Source of the DNA: an uncultured Pelagibacteraceae bacterium | GTDB lineage: Bacteria > Pseudomonadota > Alphaproteobacteria > Pelagibacterales > Pelagibacteraceae | Assembly (NCBI GenBank): GCA_902530715.1 | Contig: CACABD010000001.1 | Coordinates: forward strand, 1,601-65,600 | Length of the DNA: 64,000 nt | Direction: 5' to 3' | In this document: positions 41,438-52,306 of the stretch, one piece after another | Position numbering within the stretch: the first letter of the stretch is position 1 | Layout of the letters: every line of letters begins with the position of its first letter | The notes under the pieces: model-generated | The model's database searches: none | The model's input: only the letters and a program-made list of their open reading frames with translations | Told to the model about the DNA's origin: nothing | Translations under genes and position numbers: made by a program

Positions 41438-42645
41438 TAAATCAAATTTAGCTGATTGATTACCCTTTTTACAATCTCATCAGCTACTACTGATTTATAA
41501 GTTTTAGAAATAATTTCATCTTCAAAATTTTTATCTTTATAAAATATTGAGACTTCATTAAAATCAGAGTCAAAACCAATATCATTTTTGCTAATATCAT
41601 TAGCTATTATCCAATCACAACCTTTATTTTGAAGCTTATGTTTACTGTTAAGGTGTAAATTTTTAGTCTCAGCTGAGAAACCTATAACTAATTTTGGCTT
41701 ATTATTATTTTTAGATATTAATTTTAAAATATCTATATTTTTTTCAAAATCTAATTTTAGATCTTTATTTTTTTTAATTTTATCTTCACTTAGATTTTTT
41801 ACTCTAAAATCGCCTACAGCTGCACAGAAAATAGCAACATCACAAGGTAAATTTTCTATTGTCTTCTGATACATTTCTTCAGCAGTATTAACGTTAAAGA
41901 AATTAATATTTGGATCAGGTGTTAGCTTTGATGGACCAGAAATCAAAGTTGTCTCAAAACCATTATTAAATAATGATCTTGCTATCTCATAGCCTTGCTT
42001 TCCGCTTGATCTGTTTGATATATATCTAACTGGGTCTATATATTCTTGAGTAGGACCTGCTGTAACAATAGCTCTAAATTTTTTGTTATTACTTTTTGAC
42101 TTAAAAAAATTATCAAGTTCTTCAAGTATGTATTCTACATCAGCCATTCGTCCGTCACCATATTCTCCACATGCCATCTCACCGTTAAATGGTCCAATTA
42201 TTCTATAATTATAGCTTTTAATTTTTTCTAAATTCTGTTTATTTGAGGCATGTTCCCACATTCTTACATTCATAGCGGGACATACAAATATGTTTTTATT
42301 AGATGCTTGAACAACAGTTGTTGCTAAATCATCGCTAATACCCTGGCTCATTTTTGCAATAATATTTGAGGTAGCTGGAGCTATAAGTATTAGATCTGCC
42401 CATCTTGAAAGAGAAATGTGATCCATCTCTGATTCACTTTCAACAGAGTATATATCTGAATAAACTTTGTTTTTTGAAAGCGATGCAATGGATAAAGGTG
42501 TAACAAATTCACTACCACCTTTTGTAAGTATAGTTTTAACTTCAATGTTTAGTTTTGTTAAAGACCTAATGAGGTCCAACGACTTATAAGCAGCTATGCC
42601 ACCAGAAATTATAAGCAATATTTTCTTTTTTTCTAAATAATTCAT
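41437..42645 (-). CDS. coaBC: Phosphopantothenoylcysteine decarboxylase/synthetase
   Basis: GGIAAYKS, PAMNVRMW, TAGPTQEYIDPVRYISNRSSGKQG. Confidence 0.96.
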   Translation of the reverse strand: MNYLEKKKILLIISGGIAAYKSLDLIRSLTKLNIEVKTILTKGGSEFVTPLSIASLSKNKVYSDIYSVESESEMDHISLSRWADLILIAPATSNIIAKMSQGISDDLATTVVQASNKNIFVCPAMNVRMWEHASNKQNLEKIKSYNYRIIGPFNGEMACGEYGDGRMADVEYILEELDNFFKSKSNNKKFRAIVTAGPTQEYIDPVRYISNRSSGKQGYEIARSLFNNGFETTLISGPSKLTPDPNINFFNVNTAEEMYQKTIENLPCDVAIFCAAVGDFRVKNLSEDKIKKNKDLKLDFEKNIDILKLISKNNNKPKLVIGFSAETKNLHLNSKHKLQNKGCDWIIANDISKNDIGFDSDFNEVSIFYKDKNFEDEIISKTYKSVVADEIVKRVINQLNLI

Positions 42646-42651
42646 AACAAA

Positions 42652-44220
42652 CTAAAATACTATGACGCCAAAAAAAACAAGTATTAATAAACCAATAATA
42701 CTTTGGTTTCTCAGAGATTTCATCTCGTTTTTTTTCTCTGTTAGTGAGGAATAAGAATTGGTATTTTGTGGAATTTGACCACTAGCCAAGAAAGCTAAAG
42801 CTTGATTTGCGTTTTCCATAACTTTTGGAAATTCTGGAATCTTTTTTAAAATTTCTGCAGAGTCTTTTAAAGAATCGACGACATTTTTAATTGGATCTTT
42901 GGTTTCTTTTAACCAATTTTCTAATACAGGTCTTGAGGTTTCCCAAATATTAGTATTTGGATCTAGCTTTCTTGAAACTCCCTCTACAACTACCATAGTC
43001 TTCTGAAGTAACAAAAGTTGTGGCTGTGTTTGCATGTTAAATTTTTCAGTTATATCGAACAATTGTTTTAGCAATTTTCCACCAGATATGTCTTTTACGC
43101 TTTGACCAAATATTGGCTCTCCAATTGATCTTAACGCTTGAGCGAGTTCATCAACTGAAACGTTTTTAGGTACTAATCCTGCAATTAAATGAACCTCGGC
43201 TACTTTTTTATAATCTCGACTTACAAAACCAAATAATATTTCAGCTAAGTATCTTCTATTAAGTTTATCAATTCTTCCCATAATCCCAAAATCTATAGGC
43301 ACAATTTGTCCTGACGAATTTATAAAAATATTTCCTTGGTGCATATCAGCATGAAAAAAACCGTCTCTAACAGCTTGTCTTAAAAAATGTTGTATTAAGT
43401 CAGATGCAATTTTTGAGGTATTTTTTCCACTATCAACTAATTTATCTTTCTCCCTTATAGATATTCCATCGACCCAATCTAAAGTTAGCACACTTTCACT
43501 AGTAAAATTCCAATATATTTTAGGTACATTAAAACCTAAATCATTTTTTGTATTTTCTGAGTATTCGTTAGCTGCTGCTGCCTCAAATCTTAAGTCCATT
43601 TCATGATTAGTTATTTCTTTAAGTAAAAAAACAACTTCAATTAATCTCAATCTTTTGGTTTTTGGAATAAACATTTCAACTAAATAAGCTAGCATCATTA
43701 TTGCATCAATTTCAGAATTAAATATTTCCTTAATTTTTGGTCTTAAAACTTTTATAGCTACATCCTTAATAGTATTACCATCGTTTATTTTAGCCTTGTG
43801 CACCTGAGCAATTGATGCTGCTGCAATAGGCTCAGAAAATTCAATTATGTTTTTTTTTGTTAGTTCCCCGAGTTCATCTCTGATTATATTTTCAGCTAAC
43901 GATTTTGAAAACGGTGGTAATTTATCCTGCAATTTCTCTAAATTTTTCGTAAGGTCTTCACCAATAATATCGGGTCTTGTTGCTAAGAATTGTCCAAGTT
44001 TTATAAAAGTAGTTCCCAAGTCTTGAATTATTGAGCTTAAATCATTTGTGTCGTCTTTTTTTTTTTGGTTTTTACCAAAAGATAAAGAGACTATATTAAA
44101 AAAAAATTTGATAAAAAAAGGGACCTTGTGTGTTCTATCAACAATTTTTATAATATCTGAAGATCCTATCTTTCTTGCAATCTTGAATAATATAATAATT
44201 TTATTAATCATATTTTCCAT
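42652..44220 (-). CDS. ubiB: Ubiquinone biosynthesis protein kinase-like
   Basis: FIKLGQFLATRPD, AASIAQVH, FFHADMHQGN, DFGIMG. Confidence 0.95.
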   Translation of the reverse strand: MENMINKIIILFKIARKIGSSDIIKIVDRTHKVPFFIKFFFNIVSLSFGKNQKKKDDTNDLSSIIQDLGTTFIKLGQFLATRPDIIGEDLTKNLEKLQDKLPPFSKSLAENIIRDELGELTKKNIIEFSEPIAAASIAQVHKAKINDGNTIKDVAIKVLRPKIKEIFNSEIDAIMMLAYLVEMFIPKTKRLRLIEVVFLLKEITNHEMDLRFEAAAANEYSENTKNDLGFNVPKIYWNFTSESVLTLDWVDGISIREKDKLVDSGKNTSKIASDLIQHFLRQAVRDGFFHADMHQGNIFINSSGQIVPIDFGIMGRIDKLNRRYLAEILFGFVSRDYKKVAEVHLIAGLVPKNVSVDELAQALRSIGEPIFGQSVKDISGGKLLKQLFDITEKFNMQTQPQLLLLQKTMVVVEGVSRKLDPNTNIWETSRPVLENWLKETKDPIKNVVDSLKDSAEILKKIPEFPKVMENANQALAFLASGQIPQNTNSYSSLTEKKNEMKSLRNQSIIGLLILVFFGVIVF

Positions 44221-44912
44221 CCTGAGTGGATTGAAACTATACCTCCTGAAAGATTTTTATAATTTGGTTTATAAAATTTATTACTTTTTAAAATTTCAAT
44301 TAATTCCTCTTGATTTACAAAGTTTTCAATACTCTCAATTAAATATTTATATGGTTTACTTTCACCTACAATCATTTTTCCAATTGCGGGAATAAATTTA
44401 GAGTAATTTTTATATAAGATTTCTAAATTTTGATTTTGAATTTTTGAAAACTCTAAACAAAAGAATCTACCCCCTTTTTTTAAAACTCTGTATGCTTCTT
44501 TTATAGATTTATTTATATTTTTTGTATTCCTTAGCCCAAAGCTAATTGTATAAAAATCAAAACTATTACTTGGTAAATTCAGATTTTCAGCATTAGAAAG
44601 TTTCCATTTAATATTTTTATAACTTTTTAACCTTTTTTTTCCTTCATCCAACATTTTGCGATTAAAATCTACACACAATATTTTTGATTTATTTTGATTA
44701 ATATCCGAAAATAGTTTTGCAATATCTCCGGTACCACAAGCAACATCAACAAGTGTATCATTTGATGATGGATTGATTTGTCTAATCAATTCTTTTTTCC
44801 AATATCTATGAACACCAAAAGACATAAAGTCATTCATTAAATCATATTTATTGTAAACTGTGTCAAAAACACTTTTTACTAAACCCTTTTTTTGCTGAAG
44901 ATTTTGCTGCAT
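44208..44912 (-). CDS. ubiE: Ubiquinone/menaquinone C-methyltransferase
   Basis: YDLMNDFMSFGVHRYWK, DVACGTGD, ISFGLRN, CLEFS. Confidence 0.95.
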   Translation of the reverse strand: MQQNLQQKKGLVKSVFDTVYNKYDLMNDFMSFGVHRYWKKELIRQINPSSNDTLVDVACGTGDIAKLFSDINQNKSKILCVDFNRKMLDEGKKRLKSYKNIKWKLSNAENLNLPSNSFDFYTISFGLRNTKNINKSIKEAYRVLKKGGRFFCLEFSKIQNQNLEILYKNYSKFIPAIGKMIVGESKPYKYLIESIENFVNQEELIEILKSNKFYKPNYKNLSGGIVSIHSGWKI

Positions 44913-44946
44913 AGTAATATTATTAGTTTTATTAATATAATATTAA

Positions 44947-45801
44947 ATGCCAGAATTACCAGAAGTAGAAGTAGTCACACGTTCACTTAAAAAGACTGTT
45001 AAAAACCGTAAAATTATTAAAATTATTGTTAACAACCGAAATTTAAGGTTTAAGCTTCAAAAAAATTTTAAACAAATTTTAAAAAACAAAATAGTTAAAG
45101 ATATTAAAAGAAAGTCTAAATATATTATATTTGATTTTGGTAATCATTTTTACACAATATTGCACCTGGGCATGTCTGGAACTTTACATATTCCCTCAAA
45201 AAAAAAAGTCACAAATTTAAGTTTTTATAACAATCCAAACATGCCAAAAAAACACAATCATGTTATTATTTTTTTTGATAAAATTAATTTAGTTTATAAT
45301 GACCCTAGGAGATTTGGATATTTCAAAGTAATAAAAAACAAACATGATTTTGATAATTATTTTACAAGGATTGGACCAGAGGCTCTAGATAAGGAATTTA
45401 ATTTAAAATACTTAAAAAATAAAATTAAATATAGAAAAAAAAATATAAAAAATTTTTTGTTAGATCAAAAAATAGTTTCAGGTATAGGCAATATTTATGC
45501 GAATGAAATTTTGTATAAATCACAAATTTCACCCATGAGAAGTGTTGGAAAATTAAGTTCAACTGAATTATATAAAATCATTAAATTTTCGAGAACAACA
45601 CTCAAAGAAGCAATAAAATTTGGTGGTTCATCAATTAAAGACTTCAAAAGTGTTTCTGGAGGAGGAGGAAATTTTCAAACAAAATTTAACGTTTATAACA
45701 GGGAAAATCAGCGATGTACTAAAAGCAAATGTAAAGGAATAATTAAAAAAAGCTACATATCAAATAGGTCAACTTTTATTTGCAATCTTTGTCAAATATA
45801 A
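44947..45801 (+). CDS. mutM: Formamidopyrimidine-DNA glycosylase
   Basis: MPELPEVE, HLGMSG, DPRRFG, GIGNIYA, C-terminal Zn finger. Confidence 0.97.
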   Translation: MPELPEVEVVTRSLKKTVKNRKIIKIIVNNRNLRFKLQKNFKQILKNKIVKDIKRKSKYIIFDFGNHFYTILHLGMSGTLHIPSKKKVTNLSFYNNPNMPKKHNHVIIFFDKINLVYNDPRRFGYFKVIKNKHDFDNYFTRIGPEALDKEFNLKYLKNKIKYRKKNIKNFLLDQKIVSGIGNIYANEILYKSQISPMRSVGKLSSTELYKIIKFSRTTLKEAIKFGGSSIKDFKSVSGGGGNFQTKFNVYNRENQRCTKSKCKGIIKKSYISNRSTFICNLCQI

Positions 45802-45848
45802 AAAAATTATTGACCACACCCCTTTCTAAGGTTATACCATCGCGTCAA

Positions 45849-46109
45849 ATGGCAAATACAAAATCAGCTATCAAAAGAATAAGGAGAATTAAAAAACAAA
45901 CTTCTGTAAATAAGGCTAGAAAAAGCAGATACAAGATTGCATTGAAAAAAATGATCGGATTAATTGAAAATAAGGATAAAAAAAAAGCTATTGCTTACTT
46001 GCCTAAGTTGAATTCTGAACTTATGAAGATTGCTAAAACTGGTGTCATTAAAAAAGGTAATGCTTCAAGAAACATTTCAAGGATAACTAGAAAGATTGGC
46101 GCTCTTTAA
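45849..46109 (+). CDS. rpsT: 30S ribosomal protein S20
   Basis: MANTKSAIKRIR...NKARKS...NASRNISR; true start ATG 45849. Confidence 0.95.
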   Translation: MANTKSAIKRIRRIKKQTSVNKARKSRYKIALKKMIGLIENKDKKKAIAYLPKLNSELMKIAKTGVIKKGNASRNISRITRKIGAL

Positions 46110-46354
46110 GCAACCCCAGGTTATCAAAAAAAACAACTTAAAATTTACTTACACCATATATAAACATTTGAAGTCTTTCTTGCCTATATGTTGAGTCAAA
46201 CAATATTTAAAAATTTTGAAAAACTTTTAGTAATTATTCTTTTACTATCTTGAAGACAAAAAATTCAATTCATAATTTATTCAATTAAGGATTTTATTTT
46301 TTTTTTTTAAATTAAAAAATTTTATTGAAAATTATTTTCTAAGAATTTAGATGA

Positions 46355-47752
46355 ATGCTCCTAATGAGCAATAATTTAAATGTTAATGTTGACAAAAATT
46401 TTAGTTGGGAAACTATTCAAAAAGAATTACGTCATCAATTTGGAAACGAAATATTCGAAAGCTGGTTAAAGAAAATTGTATTTGAAGAAAAATTTACAAA
46501 TTATATTTTAGTTTCAGTATCAACTAGATTTATTAGAGACTGGATTGTTTCAAGATACCTTGACCAAATTTTAGGAATAATAAAAAAATTTAATAAGGAA
46601 ATAATTAGGGTTGAGTTTAAAATAGAAAATAAAGTAAATAACAACAAACGTGAAATTGAATTCGGTTCAGATTCTAAAGTATCTTTTATCAGAGACTCTT
46701 TTTTACAGTACAACAGGATAGATCAAAATAAATCATTTGAAAATTTTGTAATTGGTCAGAGTAATAAACTTGCTTTTGAGGCAGCAAAAAAAGTCTCTGA
46801 AAAAATTGCACATTATAACCCCTTCTATTTATACTCAGGGGTGGGCATGGGAAAAACACATTTATTAAACGCAATTGGACTAAAACTTAAAGAGAATAAA
46901 AAGGTTACATTTATTTCAGCTGAAAGATTTATGTACCAATTTATAAAGTCAATTAAGTCTAATGAGATGGTTAAATTTAAAGATAATTTTAGAAATACGG
47001 ACGTTCTTATAATTGATGACATTCAATTTATGAATGGCAAAGAAGCCATGCAAGAGGAATTCTTTCATACTTTTAACTCATTAATAGACAAAGGTTCACA
47101 AGTAATTTTATCAGCTGACCGCCCGCCAAGTAAACTTGTTAAAATTCAAGAAAGAATAAAATCGAGATTTTCGGGAGGCTTGGTCGTCGATATTCAAAGC
47201 CCAGAAAATGATTTACGATTAAAGATTTTAGAAAAAAAAGTAGATGAATTAAACATGTTATATGGCGAAAAATTAAAATTATCAGAGGAAATTTTAAATT
47301 TTATAAGCAGTGAAATTAAAAACAGTATAAGAGAATTAGTAGGTGCTCTTAATAGAGTTGCCTCATTTTCAAGAATATACAACAGAGTTCCGAATCTCAA
47401 TGAAATTAAAATAATTTTGAAAGATCTTTTAAACATAAATGAAACCAAAATAACCATCGATATCATTCAGACTTTAGTATGCAAATATTTCAAAATTAGC
47501 AAAAATGAAATGCTCTCATCTAGAAGATCTAGATATTTGGTAAGACCCAGACAGGTTGCTATTTATCTATCAAAAATTCTAACAACAAAATCTTTACCGG
47601 AAATAGGTAGAGAGTTTTCTAACCGAGACCATACCACCGTAATTCATTCTGTAAAAACAATTGAAAAGCTGAAATGCGATAACACTGAAATATCTAATGG
47701 AATAAGTTATCTAAAAAATCAGATTTTGTACAAAAAAGAAAATGAAATTTAA
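46355..47752 (+). CDS. dnaA: Replication initiator DnaA
   Basis: GVGMGKTHL, IDDIQF, QEEFFHTFN, RDHTTVIHS. Confidence 0.98.
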   Translation: MLLMSNNLNVNVDKNFSWETIQKELRHQFGNEIFESWLKKIVFEEKFTNYILVSVSTRFIRDWIVSRYLDQILGIIKKFNKEIIRVEFKIENKVNNNKREIEFGSDSKVSFIRDSFLQYNRIDQNKSFENFVIGQSNKLAFEAAKKVSEKIAHYNPFYLYSGVGMGKTHLLNAIGLKLKENKKVTFISAERFMYQFIKSIKSNEMVKFKDNFRNTDVLIIDDIQFMNGKEAMQEEFFHTFNSLIDKGSQVILSADRPPSKLVKIQERIKSRFSGGLVVDIQSPENDLRLKILEKKVDELNMLYGEKLKLSEEILNFISSEIKNSIRELVGALNRVASFSRIYNRVPNLNEIKIILKDLLNINETKITIDIIQTLVCKYFKISKNEMLSSRRSRYLVRPRQVAIYLSKILTTKSLPEIGREFSNRDHTTVIHSVKTIEKLKCDNTEISNGISYLKNQILYKKENEI

Positions 47753-48854
47753 TATAAGTCAAAAAGATTTACAAGAATCCCTTGGTTTTTGCCAAAATGT
47801 AATTGAAAGACGAAGCACCTTACCAATCTTATCTAATGTTTTAATAGAAGCTAAAAATAAAATATTAAAAATTACAGCTACTGACCTGGATATGATCTTT
47901 ATTCATAACATTTCAAATGTAGAAATAATTGAGGAGGGAGAAACCACAACTAATTCATCAATTATGCATGATATAGTTAGGAAATTTTCTGCAACAAAAA
48001 AAGTAAATGTAGAAAAAATATCTGACAGTAAACTGCAACTTGAATCTGAAAAATCCCTATTCAAATTAAATTGTATAGATGCTAAAGAATTCCCATTATC
48101 CGAGGATGATCAAAGTGGTGAAACAACCACGGTAAATTCACAAAGCTTTTTAAAACTCTTAAACAAATGTAAATTTTCTATATCTAACGATGAAACAAGA
48201 CATTATTTAAGTGGTATCTTTTTGCATTTTAATCAAAACGAAGAAAAAAATTATCTTACAGCAGTTTCCACAGACTCACACAGAATGTCTATCTCTAAAA
48301 TGAAACTAGAGGAACAAATTAAATTTGAACCAATAATTTTACCAAAAAAAACTATTTATCAACTTTGTTCAATATTGGAAAATTTTAATGGTAATATTAA
48401 AATATTAAATTCCAAGTCTAAGATAAAATTTGTTTTAAATAACAGTATTTTGACTTCTAAAGTAATAGATGGGAAATTTCCAAATTATATACAAGTTATA
48501 CCAAAAAATAATAATAAAAAATTAGAGGCTAATTTAGAATTATTCCATAATAGCGTAGATAGAGTTGCCTCAGTTTCAACAGATAAAAAAGATGGTGTAA
48601 GATTTAGTTTATCAAAAAATAAACTAGACTTATCTGTAAATAACGCAAACAGTGGTGACGGAAAGGAAACATTGTCAGTAAACTTCGATCATAACTTGGA
48701 TATTAGTTTTAATTCAAAATATTTAGTTGATGTGGCTAGTCAATTAGAAGGTGAAAATATTGAAATTTATTTCAATGATATTTCTTCGCCAGCGTTGATA
48801 AAAGATCCAAGTGACTTTGATAGTATTTACGTGATTATGCCTATGAAAGGATAA
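47742..48854 (+). CDS. dnaN: DNA polymerase III beta clamp
   Basis: PILSNV, ATDLD, DETRHYL, TDSHR, IDGKFPNY, VIMPMK. Confidence 0.96.
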   Translation: MKFNISQKDLQESLGFCQNVIERRSTLPILSNVLIEAKNKILKITATDLDMIFIHNISNVEIIEEGETTTNSSIMHDIVRKFSATKKVNVEKISDSKLQLESEKSLFKLNCIDAKEFPLSEDDQSGETTTVNSQSFLKLLNKCKFSISNDETRHYLSGIFLHFNQNEEKNYLTAVSTDSHRMSISKMKLEEQIKFEPIILPKKTIYQLCSILENFNGNIKILNSKSKIKFVLNNSILTSKVIDGKFPNYIQVIPKNNNKKLEANLELFHNSVDRVASVSTDKKDGVRFSLSKNKLDLSVNNANSGDGKETLSVNFDHNLDISFNSKYLVDVASQLEGENIEIYFNDISSPALIKDPSDFDSIYVIMPMKG

Positions 48855-48856
48855 TC

Positions 48857-49558
48857 TTAAGAAATCATGTCTAGTTCTTTATAAATAACTTGCTCCACTT
48901 CGGTGGCAAATTTATTTTGTTCTATACCAGGAAGTATTATACTTAAAATTGATACCGTAATTAGTTGATTGGATATAAGACGTCCATTTTTTGGCCAAAC
49001 TTTGCCTGAATTAACGGCAATCGGCAAACAAGCTATTTTTAGTTCATTATATATTCTTACGAACCCTTTTTTAAATTTTGATCTGTCATCAAAACTCTTT
49101 CTGGTACCTTGTGGAAAAATTATTAAAGTTTTATTTGTATTTTTAATTACTTTACTAACATCAGCAGAAAAATTTAAGTTTTCTTTTGATATTTTATTTC
49201 TATCAACTGATATACAGCCCATTTTTTTTAAATACCAACCAAATAGAGGTATTCTTAAAAGTTCTTTTTTTAATATAAATACTGGATTTTTGAATATTGT
49301 TTGTAAAAAAAAAGTTTCAAAAATTGATTGGTGAGAACACACTATAAAATACTTTTGATTATTTATTATATTTTCTGTACCTTTAATTTCTATTTTGGTT
49401 GCCATAATATACTTTAAACAAAACCCAGTCCAATGACCTAATAATTTACCACCTAGTATAACTATATATTGAGGGAGTATTAAACTAGGTATGAATAAAA
49501 TTAATAGAAATATTAAACCAAAATAGAAAACTAATAAAAAAATAGTATTTCTTATCAT
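48857..49558 (-). CDS. plsC: 1-acyl-glycerol-3-phosphate acyltransferase
   Basis: HQSIFET, KKEL, FPQGTR. Confidence 0.85.
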   Translation of the reverse strand: MIRNTIFLLVFYFGLIFLLILFIPSLILPQYIVILGGKLLGHWTGFCLKYIMATKIEIKGTENIINNQKYFIVCSHQSIFETFFLQTIFKNPVFILKKELLRIPLFGWYLKKMGCISVDRNKISKENLNFSADVSKVIKNTNKTLIIFPQGTRKSFDDRSKFKKGFVRIYNELKIACLPIAVNSGKVWPKNGRLISNQLITVSILSIILPGIEQNKFATEVEQVIYKELDMIS

Positions 49559-49561
49559 TTT

Positions 49562-50776
49562 TTAAATTATGTCATTTAATCTTTGTTTTTTACTAATTCT
49601 TTTAATCTTTGAATTTTTAATAATGAATTCAACCGGTCGTGGTCTTAAATTATAATTTGAAGATAAAACTATCCCATATGCCCCAACGTCTTTGATAGCT
49701 AAATTATCCCCCTCAATAATTTTTTGATAATTTTTTGTTTTAAGGAAACGATCAGATGTTTCACATATTGGCCCAACAAAGTCATGAGAGCTAGAATTTC
49801 TAGACGATTTTTTGGTTAGCGGTATTATTTCATGCGTTGCATTGTATAATGCAGGACGTATCAAGTCGTTCATACCAGCATCTATAATAACAAATTTCTT
49901 GTTTGAACTGTTTTTTATGTAAATTACTTTTGTAAGTAAAACAGCTGTATCTCCAACAATAGAGCGGCCTGGCTCAAATATAATCTTACAATTATTTTTT
50001 TTTGAAAATTTATAAATATTTTTCGAAAGTTCTGAGTAGTCTAATTTTCTGTTATCCTTACTATACTTTATACCCATACCTCCACCTAGATCAATATATT
50101 CAAATTTAAAATTAGATTTTGATAAAATTTTATTTATTGCCAAAAGCACATTATTATATGGTTTGTTTTCTGTTATCTGGCTTCCAATGTGGACACTCAG
50201 ACATTTAATTTTGATATTTTTGGAATTTTTAAATTTGTTTAAAATTTTGATAATATCAATGCTATTTAAACCGAATTTATCTTGTAATCTACCAGTAGAT
50301 ATTTTTGTATTGGTTTTTGCATCTATATTAGGGTTCAATCTTAAACCTACACTTACTTTTCTTTTAAATCTTTTAGCTAATTTTTGAACATTTCTTAATT
50401 CACTTTCAGATTCAATATTTATAAGGAGTATATTTTTAGTAATTGCAAATTTTAATTCTTCAAATTTTTTCCCAACACCTGAATATACTATTTTATTTGG
50501 TTTAAAACCTAAAGATAGTACTTTTTTTAATTCACCATCAGATACAACATCAGCGCCTAGACCATGTTCTTTAATTATTTTAAGTATCGTTGAATTATAA
50601 TTTGATTTAACAGAAAAACAAATTAAAGGACTGAAAGTTTTAAATGAATTTTTAAAATTATTAATATTTTCAACTAATTTTTTATTAGAATAACAATAAA
50701 TTGGCGACCCATATTTCTTAATTAAATTTTCTGCTTTAATTTTTTCAATATAAAAATTATTATTCCTATAATTCAT
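49562..50776 (-). CDS. lysA: Diaminopimelate decarboxylase
   Basis: SVKSN, HIGSQ, DLGGG, EPGRS, GPICETSD. Confidence 0.96.
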   Translation of the reverse strand: MNYRNNNFYIEKIKAENLIKKYGSPIYCYSNKKLVENINNFKNSFKTFSPLICFSVKSNYNSTILKIIKEHGLGADVVSDGELKKVLSLGFKPNKIVYSGVGKKFEELKFAITKNILLINIESESELRNVQKLAKRFKRKVSVGLRLNPNIDAKTNTKISTGRLQDKFGLNSIDIIKILNKFKNSKNIKIKCLSVHIGSQITENKPYNNVLLAINKILSKSNFKFEYIDLGGGMGIKYSKDNRKLDYSELSKNIYKFSKKNNCKIIFEPGRSIVGDTAVLLTKVIYIKNSSNKKFVIIDAGMNDLIRPALYNATHEIIPLTKKSSRNSSSHDFVGPICETSDRFLKTKNYQKIIEGDNLAIKDVGAYGIVLSSNYNLRPRPVEFIIKNSKIKRISKKQRLNDII

Positions 50777-50892
50777 TAAACAGTAGTTTTTTGACTTTGT
50801 ATTATAATATTACCCTTATATTCAGGAGCGCTTTTTTTCCCACATGAGATTAAAGATAAAAATACAATTATAACAAATAAAAAATTTTTCAT
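50776..50892 (-). CDS. Small lipoprotein (YifL/LptM-like), 38 aa, not in ORF track
   Basis: MKNFLFVIIVFLSLISCGKKSAPEYKGNIIIQSQKTTV; lipobox LISC then GKK; overlaps argH stop and lysA start. Confidence 0.75.
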   Translation of the reverse strand: MKNFLFVIIVFLSLISCGKKSAPEYKGNIIIQSQKTTV

Positions 50893-52283
50893 TTAATTTC
50901 CTTTTTAAGTTTGTTTATCATTTTCCTAATGTTTTCAAAAGATGTTCCTCCATATGATTTCTTTGAGTTAACTGAATTTTCTATGTTTGCTTGTTCTAAA
51001 ATTTGGTTAGTTAGTCTTTTATCGATGCTCTTAACTTGATCTAAATTTAAATCCCCAAGAGATAAATTCAACTTTTCTGCTAAATTTACTATTTTTGAAG
51101 TTATTTTATAAGACTCTCTAAAAGTAATTTTTAAATTTTTTACCATGTTATCAGCTAAATCGGTCGCTGTTGTATACCCTTTGTTAGCTGCTTCATGCAT
51201 TACATTCTTATTGATTATCAAACCTTTTAAAACTTCATCAAATATCAATAAACTATTTTTTAATGTATCAAATGAATTAAATACCAATTCTTTGTCGTCC
51301 TGAAGGTCTTTGAAATAAGACAAAGGCAAGCCTTTAACAATTGTGAGCATAGAAATTAAAGAACCATAACTCACACCAGTTTTTCCCCTTAGATATTCTA
51401 GTGTATCTGGATTTTTTTTTTGTGGCATGATAGATGAACCAGTTACTAAGTTGTCTTTTAATCTAATAAAATTGAACTGGTCAGAGTTCCAAATAATTAA
51501 TTCCTCAGAAATCCTCGAGAGATGCATTGAGCACATTGAAACATTATATAAAAAGTCTAAAACAAAATCTCTATCAGACACTGTATCTATGGAATTATTA
51601 GTTGGTTTACTAAATTTCAATTTTTTTGTTGTATACAATCTATCAATTTTAAAGGATGTGCCAGAAATTGCACAAACCCCTAAAGGATTTTCATTTAAAC
51701 TTTCTAAGCTATTCTTAAATCTTTTTTTATCTCTATTAAACATTTCAACACATGACATAAAATAATGTGCTAAAGAAATAGGTTGAGCATTTTTTAGATG
51801 TGTAAATCCTGGTAAGACTGTTTTTAAATTTTTATCTGCATTATTTAATAAGCTTTTAATTACTCTAATTAATAATTTGTCAATTTCAATAACAGAGCTT
51901 TTCATCCAAATCTTGAGATCTGTTAAAACTTGATCGTTTCTAGATCTTGCTGTGTGCAAAAAACCAGCATCATCACCTATTAATTCAAATAATCTACTTT
52001 CAATATTCATATGAATGTCCTCTTTAGAAATATCAAATTTAAATTTTTTTTTATCAATCTCATTTTTGACTCTGTTTAAACCCCATAAAATTTTTTCTTT
52101 GACTTTAAGAGAAATTATTTTTTGCTTATAGAGCATATTTGTATGGACCATAGAACCTCTGATATCTTCTTTGTATAATCGCTTATCAATGTTTATTGAG
52201 GACCCTACTTTTTTAAAATTATTAGAAGTTTGTTTCTTAATACGACTGCTCCAAACTGGATAGTTGTTTTTATTTTTTCTCAT
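50889..52283 (-). CDS. argH: Argininosuccinate lyase
   Basis: EDIH, HTARSRNDQ, GSSIMPQKKNPD. Confidence 0.97.
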   Translation of the reverse strand: MRKNKNNYPVWSSRIKKQTSNNFKKVGSSINIDKRLYKEDIRGSMVHTNMLYKQKIISLKVKEKILWGLNRVKNEIDKKKFKFDISKEDIHMNIESRLFELIGDDAGFLHTARSRNDQVLTDLKIWMKSSVIEIDKLLIRVIKSLLNNADKNLKTVLPGFTHLKNAQPISLAHYFMSCVEMFNRDKKRFKNSLESLNENPLGVCAISGTSFKIDRLYTTKKLKFSKPTNNSIDTVSDRDFVLDFLYNVSMCSMHLSRISEELIIWNSDQFNFIRLKDNLVTGSSIMPQKKNPDTLEYLRGKTGVSYGSLISMLTIVKGLPLSYFKDLQDDKELVFNSFDTLKNSLLIFDEVLKGLIINKNVMHEAANKGYTTATDLADNMVKNLKITFRESYKITSKIVNLAEKLNLSLGDLNLDQVKSIDKRLTNQILEQANIENSVNSKKSYGGTSFENIRKMINKLKKEIK

Positions 52284-52306
52284 GATAATTATTTGTATTA
52301 TTTAAT

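Noticed and set aside
46110-46354. oriC upstream of dnaA
   Set aside because: AT-rich, but only a two-mismatch DnaA-box-like 9-mer (TTATCAAAA, 46121) and no box cluster
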